This document shows, piece by piece, positions 11,301 through 20,118 of a stretch of DNA of 63,892 nt; the first letter of the stretch is position 1; every line of letters begins with the position of its first letter. Position numbers and translations under genes: made by a program. Under the pieces are notes generated by a model. The model saw only the letters and a program-made list of their open reading frames with translations, ran no database searches and had not been told where the DNA came from. The DNA is from a virus (lineage: Duplodnaviria > Caudoviricetes), in the IMG/VR virus record IMGVR_UViG_3300033433_000002, positions 1-63,892 of that record; one strand, written 5' to 3'.

Positions 11301-14300
11301 TTGGCGTCCTCAATCAAAGGAGAGTTCTGGCTTAACCAGATCCCTTTCTTGCGTCCTTGTCTCCAGTTGTCAAAGAAGATCCCGGCAATCTCGCGGCCCT
11401 TGCCTACTCCGGTCCCGTCACCGATGAAATAGCCCTGTCTTACTGCCTTCGAGACCGAATCATCTGTGACGTTTCTTGCCTCTACCGGATTTCCTTCTTT
11501 GTCAAACCATTGTGTTCCGGGAAGAAATTCCGAATGGGCCTGCCCTGCATAAATGATCGATTCGAGTTGGACGTTACTGAGCTTTCCAGATTCAATGACG
11601 TTGGCGGGAAGGTTAGGACTATACTTTGCGTCAGGTGGATCGACACTCGACATGGCCGCGCTTTCAACGATCGGCCCGGGATGGGGTTTCGATCCCTTGA
11701 CTATGGCTTTTTTTGGCTTGTAGTTTTCGTAGAGAGAATCGGTAAGATCGGTAGGGTTCTCTTCTTCCTTGGTCTGTTCGAGGGTTACGGTAGACTTTTC
11801 ACGCTCGGATAATCCTTCAGGAGAAGGTTTAGTTTCGAGTCCAGGGCGTCCAGGAGTTCCCACGACAGGTCCTCCGGCTCCTTGAATCGGTTCGGGTTGT
11901 TCACTAGCGGGTACTGCTCCCCGTCCTCCGACGTTCTCAACCACCGGTACGCCTTTATTTGGTTCGCCCCGAGAAGTTCCTCCAGGTTGGCCCTTAACCG
12001 GCTGTCCCTTGCCCGGAGTTTCCCGCTGTCCAGGCCCCACAACATAAGTTGAAGGCAATACAGTTGGCTCGGGTCCGGAGGCACCTTCAACTCTTGCAGG
12101 AACTTTTTGCACTTCTTGTTCAGGTTGTCTTGGTTCGGCAGCGATTCGGGCATCTCTTACCTCCTGCAACAGAGGGATCGCGTCCTTAACGTCCTCGACG
12201 GTCCCGGTAACAGTTGGCTTCCCCGTGGGTGGGGTTTTATCGATAACCAAAATCCGATTATCGTAATTCGTTCCGTACTTGGCATATCCTTTGCCTCCTA
12301 CCACTATGTTAGCAGAAAGGTTGTATTTGTCAACAATATTCTTTAGCCAGTCGGTGACGGCCTTCGGATCGGCAAACCATCCCTTTCCGATCAAGGCCAC
12401 CATCCGGCCACCATCCTCTAATCTCTTGAAGGCCTGATCAAGATGAGTAACGACATTTGCGGACTTCCGCTGTCCCTGAATCCTTCCAGCCGTCGAAGAG
12501 AATGGGGGGTTCATCAAGACCACCGTTGGCTTGACATCTTTCGGGAGAATGTTGTTGATCTGCTCGGCGTTCTCGGTGAAGACCTGATCGAATCCCATCT
12601 GTTTAAGAAGGTCTGCGCGGCGCGGGGATAGTTCGTTTACGATGGTCTTGGCACCTGCGACCTTGGCGAATGAGGCAATTCCCCCAATCCCTGCGCTCGG
12701 TTCTAAAACGGTATCTTTCGGGGTGATGTTCCCGGTCCATGCCATTGTATAGGCCAGGTCTGGAGGGGTCGAAAACTGTTGAAATTCATCCATCTCAGGG
12801 GTACGGATACCGGACTGAGAGGGGATTTTCTCCATGATTTCTTGACGAATGGCGTCAATACTTAATCTTGCCTGTTGGGGAAGATCTACCGTAGGATCAA
12901 ACTGCTTCCCACGATCAACGATATACTGATTTATCCCCATCTCCATCGCGTCAAAGGCGTCTTTGGCATTGTATTTGCCTTCGCTGATGGTACCCCCGTA
13001 GGCTTCTGCAGCCTTTTGCATGAGTTCGGCCTTTTCGAAGGGTGTCCCTAAAGTAAGGCGGTCTTTGACCCAGGAGGCGACGGTAGAAGATGGGGTTTGT
13101 TTTATTTCTTCTGGAGGTGTGACCTTCTCCCAATCACTCTCCTTAAAGTGCATATTCCCGGTTTCATTCGTCTTGATCCATCGGCTTCCATCGGGATTTG
13201 TTCGGATATGCTGCACTCTTTGAGATTTACCAGAGGCAAACCCAATTCCACTATCCTTCTTTGGTTTAACGTAATCGCCTATTTCTAATCGCCCCGGTTT
13301 CTCCCCAACCAAGTGCCCCTCTTCCCCCTCGGGCTGCACAACGATACCTTGGCGGGTCGGGATGATTTTGGCCTTGTCGGGTTTCTTTGTTTCTCCAATA
13401 CCCTCTATGGTAGGTTGCCCCTCCTCCTCAGCCTTCTTCGCTGCTTCCATCAACGGAGATCCTTCAAGCGTAGGTTCGCCTTTAATGCCCTCTTTTGGCA
13501 TTTCAAGACCGACCTTCATGCCGGGGAGAAGTGTTTCACCTTTTTTTGTGGGGGACGGTGCTGGCTTTAATTCAGGAGTGGCTTCTGGTGCCGCGGCTTC
13601 TTCTCGTTCTTCGAGGTCAAACCATTCGTGGAGTTCCTCTTCTGCAAGGTCTTCAGGTGGAGCTTCATTCTTGTAAGCTGTCTCAGCCGATCCAACTTCT
13701 CTTTCAATGAGGTGTTCGGGGACGCCATCGGCTTCCAAGTCCTTTCTCAGATCCATTATCTCATTATCAATGGTGTCTGTCAATGAATTTATTGTGTCGC
13801 TCTGGAGAAAGTGGGGATCCTGCTCCATTTGGGCCTTGATATGGGCTTCTTCGGCCTTTCGGATAGCCTCATTGGTGATAGGTGCCCCTTTCTTTCCTCC
13901 AAAGATGGAGTCGGTGATCATCTGCGCCAGGTCGTCGGTTGTCGTACCTTTCGGGAGGTCCCCTTCGGCCTCTCCCATCTGAGCCAAAACGTCAAGGTAT
14001 TGACCGTCTTTTCGAACCAACCCGACCGGACCTTTCCCTCCAGCCCTGCCCCACGCCTCGATGTCGGCTGAGGGGTCGGTGGAATTTATACCGCCTTTTG
14101 ACTTGATCCAGGCGATTACGTTTAGCGGCTTTTCTAAGACCGGGGTTTCTTTTTGTCGCTTCGGTTTGGCAACCCCTGTTTGTCCCGGGAGATCGCTTCT
14201 GCTTGGCTGTATGCCTTTTGTAGATTCTCCGGATGGGATGTCCCGATCGTACCACTTTCCTTGTAACGGTTTACCAGTTCCTTTATGTTGTTCGACAGCA

Positions 14301-16384
14301 CCCTCTTCCCTCTTCCCGGTGTCAACGGCATTGGTGGCCTCCTTTTTAAAGTGCTTTTCAAAAAAGGTTTTCAAATCAGGATTAACCTTTTCGGGACTTG
14401 TCAAATAATCCCCGTAATCCATAGCAAGATGTTCCCTGATGAAGTTTATGTGCATATCATCAGGGGCCCTCATCAACTTTGAGTATTCTTCCAGGAGGGG
14501 ACTGTCTGAAAGTTTCTGAATATCCCCTAATTTATCTTCTATTTGAACGTGCCCAATTTCGTGATTTACTATCGCGGGATCTTTAGCGTCGGCCTCGCTC
14601 TCAAAGACGAGCCGTTTGTCCTTCCAGTCAACCTCTGCCTGCCATCCAGGGGTTTTCCTCCAATTCGGTTGAATAGCCGTCGTCCATCCTTCGGGGATAG
14701 ATAGTGGCTCTTTACCCTTCCCCTGCGCCTCCACCGGGGCTATTTCAGGCTTTTCTGGAGGGGTGGCTGTCTCACCCTTGGCCTCTACCTTTTGGGGGGC
14801 TTGTGGGGCTTCTGGAGGGACAAACATATCCCCGACCCGGGTGTACCCTTCTGGTAAACGATGTTTCAAACCCTGGTCATCAACAGCCCTTGCGTTAACG
14901 GCCTTGCCTTCCCTGAGTGCCCCCAACACTTCAACGTCGTTGGCGTTCCCGAGTCCTGCGGTCTTGTATTCATTAGGAGTCATCTCCCACGGTTCTTTTA
15001 CCCCACCACCCTGAACGGGTTGTAGAACCTCTTCGGGCGGGGCTTCGGGGGTTGGTAGGGCTTCGGGGGGGACTTCGGCTTTTGCTTCTTCAACGGGGGG
15101 CACCTTTGGCTTTGCGGCTTCAACCTTCTTCTCCTGCTCGGCAATCTTCTTGTCGATCTCGGTAGGTTCCGTCTTGACGGCCTTCTCCCTGATTGCCGCT
15201 TTCTCTTCAGGGGTGATCTCGGGGAGGGGTTCTTCCATACCCTTCAAGGTCCGGACGCCGGGGGTGGCTTGGGTAACTCCCTCGCCCTTTTCCCTCAGCC
15301 TGATCTCCTGTTCCTTCAGGGTCTTATTCAGCCTTGCCAGTTCCCCGGTCGTGTATCCAAGGTTCTTGATCTCGGCCTCGGTAAGAATCTGACCACTGAT
15401 TTCCATCTCCTTAATGAAGAGGTCGGCATCCTTCGGGGTGTAGGATTCGGCCGCGGTCGGGTATTTTGCCTTCAACTCCTCACTTCTGGCCTTAAAATCA
15501 TTCTTTACTGAGGCCCGTTGTGCCTGCGCCCTGGCCGAGAGTTCTTCGGCAGATTGAAGAACAAGGCCTCGCTCTTTATTGGTCAACCCCCTGAACCACT
15601 CCCCAACCTTCCCAAAGACACCCCTTCCGACTTCCCCAAAGAGGGCACCGTAGGCAATCAGTCCCGCCGCTTCCATGGCGGTATCCTGGTTGACTTCCTT
15701 TATCCCTGCCAACTGCTCGTAAAATGGGACTTGGGACTCACCGAATCGCTCAATAGCTGACTTCGGGTCTGCCCACAGGGAAGGTTCCCCGGTCTTTAAA
15801 ACCTCGCCCTTCTGCTTCAACTGTTCGCGTTTGGCAAGGGTTCTCTGGGCAAGTCCCATCTCGGGGCTGACGAATCCGCCGGGGGTGTAACCCTCCATTG
15901 TCTTGGCGGCTTTGGTCAGGGGTCCCTCGGGGACCTGTGGCGTCAATTCCCTGGTAGGTGAAGGCGCCACTCCTGCCGGTCCCCCCATCATGGCGGTAGG
16001 TCCGAGTTGAGATTCATCGAAGGCGGAAGGGGGTTCGGTGGGTGCCGGTGCCGGAGTCTGTGGCCCCGTCGCATACTCACCCTTGGAGAATCTCCCAAGG
16101 TTGAATTCTTCCCTGACCTGTTGCAAAACCTCGGCGTCTGGCATACCCTGTTTGATAAGTTCATCCATCCTGGCCGTGACTTCCGACTCCATCTCCTTGG
16201 GCATGGAAATATCGACGGTCCCAGGAGGCGCCGGAACCTCGGGCTTGACGGTCAGTTCGCGGGTGGGTTTATCCGGTTCGGCACCTTCTTCATACCACTT
16301 CCTCGGCTTTCCAAAGACAGCAGTTTTAGCCCTCTGGTAAAGGGAAGGTTTCTCTTCGGCGGTATTTTCGTCGTACCACGCCAT
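5312..16384 (-). CDS. 3690-aa DarB-like large polyvalent internal virion protein: HExxH domain, amino-methyltransferase, strawberry-notch SF2 helicase, helical C-terminus
   Basis: NHEIGH; LEPSAGIGG and MNPPF; GDGTGVGKGR, FDESH, YVSATGA, QGLGRTHRTNQ; follows the ejection genes. Confidence 0.85.
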   Translation of the reverse strand: MAWYDENTAEEKPSLYQRAKTAVFGKPRKWYEEGAEPDKPTRELTVKPEVPAPPGTVDISMPKEMESEVTARMDELIKQGMPDAEVLQQVREEFNLGRFSKGEYATGPQTPAPAPTEPPSAFDESQLGPTAMMGGPAGVAPSPTRELTPQVPEGPLTKAAKTMEGYTPGGFVSPEMGLAQRTLAKREQLKQKGEVLKTGEPSLWADPKSAIERFGESQVPFYEQLAGIKEVNQDTAMEAAGLIAYGALFGEVGRGVFGKVGEWFRGLTNKERGLVLQSAEELSARAQAQRASVKNDFKARSEELKAKYPTAAESYTPKDADLFIKEMEISGQILTEAEIKNLGYTTGELARLNKTLKEQEIRLREKGEGVTQATPGVRTLKGMEEPLPEITPEEKAAIREKAVKTEPTEIDKKIAEQEKKVEAAKPKVPPVEEAKAEVPPEALPTPEAPPEEVLQPVQGGGVKEPWEMTPNEYKTAGLGNANDVEVLGALREGKAVNARAVDDQGLKHRLPEGYTRVGDMFVPPEAPQAPQKVEAKGETATPPEKPEIAPVEAQGKGKEPLSIPEGWTTAIQPNWRKTPGWQAEVDWKDKRLVFESEADAKDPAIVNHEIGHVQIEDKLGDIQKLSDSPLLEEYSKLMRAPDDMHINFIREHLAMDYGDYLTSPEKVNPDLKTFFEKHFKKEATNAVDTGKREEGAVEQHKGTGKPLQGKWYDRDIPSGESTKGIQPSRSDLPGQTGVAKPKRQKETPVLEKPLNVIAWIKSKGGINSTDPSADIEAWGRAGGKGPVGLVRKDGQYLDVLAQMGEAEGDLPKGTTTDDLAQMITDSIFGGKKGAPITNEAIRKAEEAHIKAQMEQDPHFLQSDTINSLTDTIDNEIMDLRKDLEADGVPEHLIEREVGSAETAYKNEAPPEDLAEEELHEWFDLEEREEAAAPEATPELKPAPSPTKKGETLLPGMKVGLEMPKEGIKGEPTLEGSPLMEAAKKAEEEGQPTIEGIGETKKPDKAKIIPTRQGIVVQPEGEEGHLVGEKPGRLEIGDYVKPKKDSGIGFASGKSQRVQHIRTNPDGSRWIKTNETGNMHFKESDWEKVTPPEEIKQTPSSTVASWVKDRLTLGTPFEKAELMQKAAEAYGGTISEGKYNAKDAFDAMEMGINQYIVDRGKQFDPTVDLPQQARLSIDAIRQEIMEKIPSQSGIRTPEMDEFQQFSTPPDLAYTMAWTGNITPKDTVLEPSAGIGGIASFAKVAGAKTIVNELSPRRADLLKQMGFDQVFTENAEQINNILPKDVKPTVVLMNPPFSSTAGRIQGQRKSANVVTHLDQAFKRLEDGGRMVALIGKGWFADPKAVTDWLKNIVDKYNLSANIVVGGKGYAKYGTNYDNRILVIDKTPPTGKPTVTGTVEDVKDAIPLLQEVRDARIAAEPRQPEQEVQKVPARVEGASGPEPTVLPSTYVVGPGQRETPGKGQPVKGQPGGTSRGEPNKGVPVVENVGGRGAVPASEQPEPIQGAGGPVVGTPGRPGLETKPSPEGLSEREKSTVTLEQTKEEENPTDLTDSLYENYKPKKAIVKGSKPHPGPIVESAAMSSVDPPDAKYSPNLPANVIESGKLSNVQLESIIYAGQAHSEFLPGTQWFDKEGNPVEARNVTDDSVSKAVRQGYFIGDGTGVGKGREIAGIFFDNWRQGRKKGIWLSQNSPLIEDAKRDVKGTGFNPDVVFDFGKIKAGSQVKNKEGIAFVGYDLLRWKKKQVTEPGQPAAPEVSRLNQLIDWFGKDYDGVIAFDESHNMGNAIETQGTRGRKKASAKALSGIALQNALPNARIVYVSATGATEVMNFAYARRLGLWGQGAAFADVNDFINKISGGGMANLEMVASNLKAMGKYTARSLSYDGVKYSRMEHTLTPAQREVYDELAGAWQIVLQNINAALEATGVTSPNPQTGRPQTLNGQAKSAAMSAFWGNHQRFFNQIITAMQMPTVVKNIETDLGKGNSVVLQLVNTNEAATNRALSKMEEEDTLEDLDLTPREQLMQFIQHSFPVNEYHEVMDADGNIKSELTVDSNGNPVQNAEAVAMRDALLDRLGSIKVPDNPLDMIINHFGVDKVAEVSGRTRRVIEVTDEKGTHRIVDKRSKAKAMNDADAFMNNKKQILAFTYAGGTGRSYHADLTAKNQSPRMHYLVQPGWRADRAVQGLGRTHRTNQAQPPEYFLVTTDLKGQKRFISSIARRLDQLGALTKGQRQTGGQGLFSERDNLESQYANDALDALVEDVSRGNVPDMTLREFSDQLGINLIDDRTGNLNVTAIPEVPQFLNRILSMKIDMQDKVFDLFSEKLDLEIAKAIQNGTLDAGLETVRANKIEKISEQVVYTDPRTGAKTKFVELDLTRDAHIIPWEKSDRFSKGGYVQNIKSGRVWALSEAKSKTNARTGDVTTAYTATGMNYGVHNLESEDINDPEKYVKLTKAQAKDLWQKEYEVTPKEVKDRQYLVTGALLPIYNRLPEGHARVVRLQTDKGERMLGRIIPPTLVSSVRERLGAETTAVKMTPQEVINNVFHHSYTVQLANGWTIIRRKVQGEERVEIKGPSYGEASLIKSYGVEQERVNWETRYFIPNSEKGVEAIGKLLDNNPIIRATPPERSAEDIVAHGHSDLEALRKARAGEKSAGRVVFGRPSSPERPAFEFADPAVEKSYQESLPKGEPILSQVGEYFTDIWHKMTRQYENLPRNKEFSQLQFDLNKLAKQKGVASYDAIVTLAKVLSGLKGENYDLFTRKVILDDLAREVEKGHDLPWGLTKDTVGPELDRINALIDQRPEIKAALDKRKQMWDTIKTEYTGTMKDIGFDVDDRLKNENYFRHQILEYVNLKGLFGTGKKLKTPTGRGFLKKRAGSELDINRDFIQPEYEVVSQMLYDIQVAKTIKNVDENYNIMSDLKARAKGMNNTAIMDMVFRPMAQAAWHPGMENAEGKEMTVEDLAQSLYRRTLNLKQAMGFKKLQRFAEDGSLPDLPSQKWSEVIDSIASGGSHEGTLPYLAWLLKNYPETPEGQAAALIFKGISGKKKYIEEALKAADAFQTWETIIPEGYNTWQPREGNIFYMADSIPAQLAEQLHTGALEELGVSKEDIRRALTMGGKRKQFVLKDEIIATLDELSKGRSDSVIGNADRALLKGWKVWQLISPRRMLKYNIRNMTGDADAAFVGNPRGFSDAPRATREIGATLFGKKEITGELKQFFDRGGFSANLQAQEMGELKDLWVFERLYRDQHPGVKDIPKGVWKKYWETARIATDAREALLRYANYLNYLDQMKKNPEGKPKNFGGSKPEEIMGLSDIRDRAYWLSNDLLGAYDRVSVMGNALRKYVFPFWSWKEVNFRRYVQFAKNAASDGQFSQTVGRAALGTLAKTPFMAFRVGKFLIMATAFWSALQVWNHTRFPDEEEELSEDQKSQPHIILGRDKDGKIIYFNRIGALGDFLDWFGLGEAPKYVDKYFKGEMTLKEISENMVKSPVNLVVQGVTPFIKTPAELITGRSLFPDIFKPQPIRNTGLYLARSLGLENEYTAVAGLPSRGYEESLKNFLVYSVDPGQAAYSDVMEDKRRWLEKQGKASEGFWLTPKANALYNIKLSLRYEDREALDKYMLEYISLGGKKSDIKESLKRMDPLSGLSGKDKHKFKQSLDEDQRKRLDQATKFYKETLRESKPLVNQSFSEQRRIYKENSLR

Positions 16385-18393
16385 TACTTCGGCTCCGTTT
16401 CGGGGTCATATCCCTTGTCAATCGCCATCTGCTTGCGCTCGGCTGGAGTCTTGGCACTCTTCATGATTTCGTCAACCACCTTTTTGGTCATGGGCTTTAG
16501 GACTTTCTTCACACCAATATCCGCTTTGGCTTTTTGCCATGCCTGATTCGCGGTCAACTTCGGATCGGTCTGCATCAGTTCGTCGGCCCTGAAAGTTGCC
16601 TTCTGGTATTGGGCTGATCCCTCTTCGACGTCGGTATCATCTCCGGCTATAGCCCGAACCTCCTTGCTCTTGATTTCAAGATTATGGAGTTCGGATACAC
16701 TCAGTTCATGTCTGGCCTTTACAGGTTTACCGTTCTGCATGATCGGCGTAACTTTGTGGGTTCCTTTCTCGATAGCCACGATTGACCCATCTTCGAGGAT
16801 CTTCAACGTATCCGGGTCAGTTGCGGCTTTCCCTTTTACGGGTTTTCCTGTGGCATCCGTTACCGGGGTTGCCTTCCCATCCTTCACCACAATCAAATTA
16901 TTATCGGCATCTTCTTTGATCTGTCCCTTGTCTGCCGTTACCTTTGACTCGGTGGCCTTGTTGTGACGAATCGTTTCATCAAGAGTTCGCTTTTGATGTT
17001 CTGTCTCGCGTTCCTTATCTGCAATGATTGTCTTTGCAAGTTCTATCGTTTCTTTAGAACGAGCATCCGGCATCAACTTGGTAAACTCTGTAATGAACTG
17101 TCTCCTTTGCTCATCAACACCCTTTGAGGTATCAACCTTTGAAAAAGCCTGCGATACAGCCTCGTTCTCTCGCCTCACTCTTTTCCTCTCTTCAATCTTG
17201 TCCATCCAACTAAAGTCGCCCTTTTGAGTTGAGGCCTGTGCTCTCAGTTTAAGAAATCTCGTCGTCCAATCCTGGGTCGCCTGCACCTGGGCCTGAAGGA
17301 GAGGGATAGGCACTTTTACAATGTCCTCTGTGGGGTCAGGTCCATTCCCATGAGTCTTTGGAGCATCATATTTCGTTGAAGCTTGCCCCTTGGCTTCAAA
17401 CTGCTTCGCATAGTCGGCTTGTTCAAGATGAAGTTGCTCGGCGTAGGCGTCTGCATCTTCCCTTGAATCAAATATTCCAAGGTGTTTTCCAGTCTTCTTG
17501 TATTCCTCGACGGCTTCTTTGTTGGACAGGAGCTTTCCATCATCATTGATTGTGGGGATCAGAACGGTTCCCGAACCCTCATCTATAGAAATTGACCTCA
17601 CGGTACTGACCGATCCATCCCCATTCCGTCTTATTGGACGGGATGTAAGGTCAATGTTCCCGGTCTCCATCATTCCTTTTGCGTTTGGAGCAACAGTATA
17701 TTTAGGGGGACCCTCTGCATTCGGTTTGTAGACCTGCCCCTCCTTCACCGGAGTTTCAACGTCCATAATGAACGAAACCGTGGGGGGGTTCGTGGTCTTG
17801 TCGATCAAGGCCGCCTTGACTTCTTTGTTTACACCATCTTTTTCGACGGATAGGCCATGCCTATCCGTTCCTTTGTTGTAACCACCAACCCCATCCTTGT
17901 AGAGAAACTTGAAACTATCGAAGAAGGCCGGGTCCTGTTCTCGGGTTAGAGTGATCTTCTGTTGAGGAGAAACCAACACCTGTTGTAATATTGCGTCTCC
18001 ATGATCGAGAAATGTTTTCGTTGCGTCTGCCTGCTCGTCCAATTTATCAAGTTTGAAATGAGGAAGCGTAGAGGCCATGTCTATCCCGGCATTTATCTGG
18101 CTTTCAGAATATTTTGGCTTCTCTTTACCACTTTCACTGACAAAACCGGAGAGTGCTTCTGCTGCTCCAGGTTCGTCAAGCATCGAGGCCATTTTTGAGT
18201 TGGTTGCGTAAAGTTGTTTTCTGTTCTCTAGCTCCACCCTATTGCTTTCCATTCGCAAGTCGGATTCGGCCTTCTCTCTGTCCAGAAGTTCGCGCCTCAT
18301 CTTCAACTGTTCCCCGCGCTGGAACATTCCGGTTATGCTTTCAAAAGCGTTTATTCCGGACTCGACGGGATTACTTAAAACGCTACGTACCAT
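16384..18393 (-). CDS. Internal virion/DNA-ejection protein with an inserted globular module
   Basis: Charged helical protein before the giant gene; module GNIDLTSRP...STVRSIS...VLIPT...TGKHLGIF...YAEQLH. Confidence 0.6.
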   Translation of the reverse strand: MVRSVLSNPVESGINAFESITGMFQRGEQLKMRRELLDREKAESDLRMESNRVELENRKQLYATNSKMASMLDEPGAAEALSGFVSESGKEKPKYSESQINAGIDMASTLPHFKLDKLDEQADATKTFLDHGDAILQQVLVSPQQKITLTREQDPAFFDSFKFLYKDGVGGYNKGTDRHGLSVEKDGVNKEVKAALIDKTTNPPTVSFIMDVETPVKEGQVYKPNAEGPPKYTVAPNAKGMMETGNIDLTSRPIRRNGDGSVSTVRSISIDEGSGTVLIPTINDDGKLLSNKEAVEEYKKTGKHLGIFDSREDADAYAEQLHLEQADYAKQFEAKGQASTKYDAPKTHGNGPDPTEDIVKVPIPLLQAQVQATQDWTTRFLKLRAQASTQKGDFSWMDKIEERKRVRRENEAVSQAFSKVDTSKGVDEQRRQFITEFTKLMPDARSKETIELAKTIIADKERETEHQKRTLDETIRHNKATESKVTADKGQIKEDADNNLIVVKDGKATPVTDATGKPVKGKAATDPDTLKILEDGSIVAIEKGTHKVTPIMQNGKPVKARHELSVSELHNLEIKSKEVRAIAGDDTDVEEGSAQYQKATFRADELMQTDPKLTANQAWQKAKADIGVKKVLKPMTKKVVDEIMKSAKTPAERKQMAIDKGYDPETEPK

Positions 18394-18403
18394 AAGATCC
18401 CCC

Positions 18404-18435
18404 TTGACAAAACATAATTTTATTAGTAGTATAAT
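18404..18435 (+). promoter_or_regulatory. Sigma70-type promoter of the HNH gene, antisense to the late operon
   Basis: TTGACA 18404-09, 17 bp, TAGTAT (overlapping TATAAT 18430-35); AGGAGG before ATG 18455. Confidence 0.7.
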
Positions 18436-18454
18436 AAAAAAGGAGGTTTCTGGA

Positions 18455-19153
18455 ATGGGCTTTGCAAAGGCAAATCAAACCTCGTTTAAAAAAGGGAATT
18501 CTCCTTGGAATGAAGGGAAGGGAATAGACCCAAGAGTAAGATTTGAAAATAGCTTTGTACCCGATCCTACGTCTGGTTGCTGGTTTTGGATTAAAAGCAC
18601 AGACAAGGATGGATACGGACAATTTCACCCACACCAAAGAAAAAGAAAAATGGCCCATAGATATTCGTGGGAAATTTATAATGGTCCAATCCCTCATGGC
18701 CTTCAGGTGCTTCATAAATGTGACGTTTATAGCTGCGTAAACCCTTCCCATTTGTTTTTGGGGACGCAAAAAGAAAACTGTCAGGATTGCGTTAAAAAAA
18801 ATAGAAGTGCCAGAGGTGTTAGGAATGGAAGGACTAATTTTACGGAAGATCAAATTCGTGCCATAAGACAAGATACAAGATCGTGTATAGAGATTGGAGA
18901 AATGTTCTCTGTTTCCCCTGCTGTCATTAATGGTATTAAAAATCTTAGGAGTTGGAAACATATAAAATCTCCGACTTACAAAAATACACCAGGAAGGCAC
19001 TTACATCCAAAATTAAAGGAATCCGACATTATTCTCATTAGATCAGATAACCGCCCCCAAAGAATCATAGCGGAACAATATCATGTTGACCAAAGCTGTA
19101 TTTCTCTCATAAAACATGACAAAATATGGAAACATATTCCTATAACTCCTTAG
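18455..19153 (+). CDS. Free-standing HNH homing endonuclease
   Basis: GCWFW..GYG..AHRYSWEIYNGPIP..VLHKCD..CVNPSHLFLGT..EN; FKKGNSPWN; two C-terminal HTH-like repeats; AT-rich. Confidence 0.9.
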   Translation: MGFAKANQTSFKKGNSPWNEGKGIDPRVRFENSFVPDPTSGCWFWIKSTDKDGYGQFHPHQRKRKMAHRYSWEIYNGPIPHGLQVLHKCDVYSCVNPSHLFLGTQKENCQDCVKKNRSARGVRNGRTNFTEDQIRAIRQDTRSCIEIGEMFSVSPAVINGIKNLRSWKHIKSPTYKNTPGRHLHPKLKESDIILIRSDNRPQRIIAEQYHVDQSCISLIKHDKIWKHIPITP

Positions 19154-19653
19154 AATAATCTCGAAGCTAAAATTCCAATACCCGCACCAATGAGAGTTCC
19201 CACGATCGGAACTACTGAGCCCATCGCCGCGCCTGCGGCTGCACCTCCTGCCGCCGTTGCGGCACCTGCCGCCGTCCCTGCCGCCGTTCCGGTTGCCGCA
19301 CCCGCCGCGCCTGCGGCTGCTCCGGCACCTACCCCCGCTGCTGCCCCTCCTGCCGCGCCTGCCCCGGTTGCAATCCCAGAGATAGCGGCCTCTGTCCCTG
19401 CCGCACCTACGGCTAACCCCGTATCTGCGGCTATCGCTGGAACTGTAGACCCCGCCAATGCTCCGGCTCCCTTCGCTCCGGCTATGGCTCCAACTGCTCC
19501 CAACTGTCCGGCCATGGCATTCTGTTGTGCTGTTTTACCGGCCTTCAAACGCCTATTCTCGGCATCGAGTTCCGATTGAATTTGAGCACCGCGAACCATG
19601 CCACTCAGCGCCCTTCCCCTATATGCTGTCCCGGTCTGGATCAATCCAGGCAT
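19150..19653 (-). CDS. Ala/Gly-rich internal virion (pilot/ejection) protein
   Basis: Glycine-zipper end GSVVPIVGTLIGAGIG; position in the ejection module. Confidence 0.6.
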   Translation of the reverse strand: MPGLIQTGTAYRGRALSGMVRGAQIQSELDAENRRLKAGKTAQQNAMAGQLGAVGAIAGAKGAGALAGSTVPAIAADTGLAVGAAGTEAAISGIATGAGAAGGAAAGVGAGAAAGAAGAATGTAAGTAAGAATAAGGAAAGAAMGSVVPIVGTLIGAGIGILASRLF

Positions 19654-19665
19654 GATAAATACCCC

Positions 19666-20118
19666 CTAACTCATTTTCTGAATGTTTTGGTTGGGCATTC
19701 CACCATACATAATTGCCTCGTCCTGCTTCCGTACATTCCTTCTTTCCTGATTTTCTGCTCCAGACATCGCAAGGGCTTTACTAAGGTCCATTAATCTTCT
19801 TGAACCCTGTTCCTGATTCTGGGTTTGTTCTACCCCAAGGGCGCGGTTCGTTGTCTCCATCGCACCCTCCATGGCTCCGAAAGATCCGGTGGTTGCCCGA
19901 TCCGCTTCCTCGATCGCGTTAGGAAGAATATCCGGATTATTAAACGACAACTCTTTCATCTGCTGGAGTTCGATAGGCATGAACGTCTTTTGCCAATCCT
20001 CGAACTGACTGCGAAGGAGTTGCATGGCAATCCAGTCCGGCCTACCATGCGGATTCACCAGACCGAAAGGATTATTTTGATTCTGTGCCGACGGCCATTG
20101 CCAGTTATAGTCAACCAT
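19666..20118 (-). CDS. Putative internal virion protein
   Basis: Gln/Met-rich helical; translationally coupled to the upstream gene. Confidence 0.5.
   Translation of the reverse strand: MVDYNWQWPSAQNQNNPFGLVNPHGRPDWIAMQLLRSQFEDWQKTFMPIELQQMKELSFNNPDILPNAIEEADRATTGSFGAMEGAMETTNRALGVEQTQNQEQGSRRLMDLSKALAMSGAENQERRNVRKQDEAIMYGGMPNQNIQKMS

Noticed and set aside
5930-16546. Many + strand ORFs opposite the giant gene and other structural genes
   Set aside because: Antisense shadows with no RBS or recognisable motifs
19220-19500. GC-rich DNA repeat element
   Set aside because: Explained by the Ala/Gly low-complexity coding sequence
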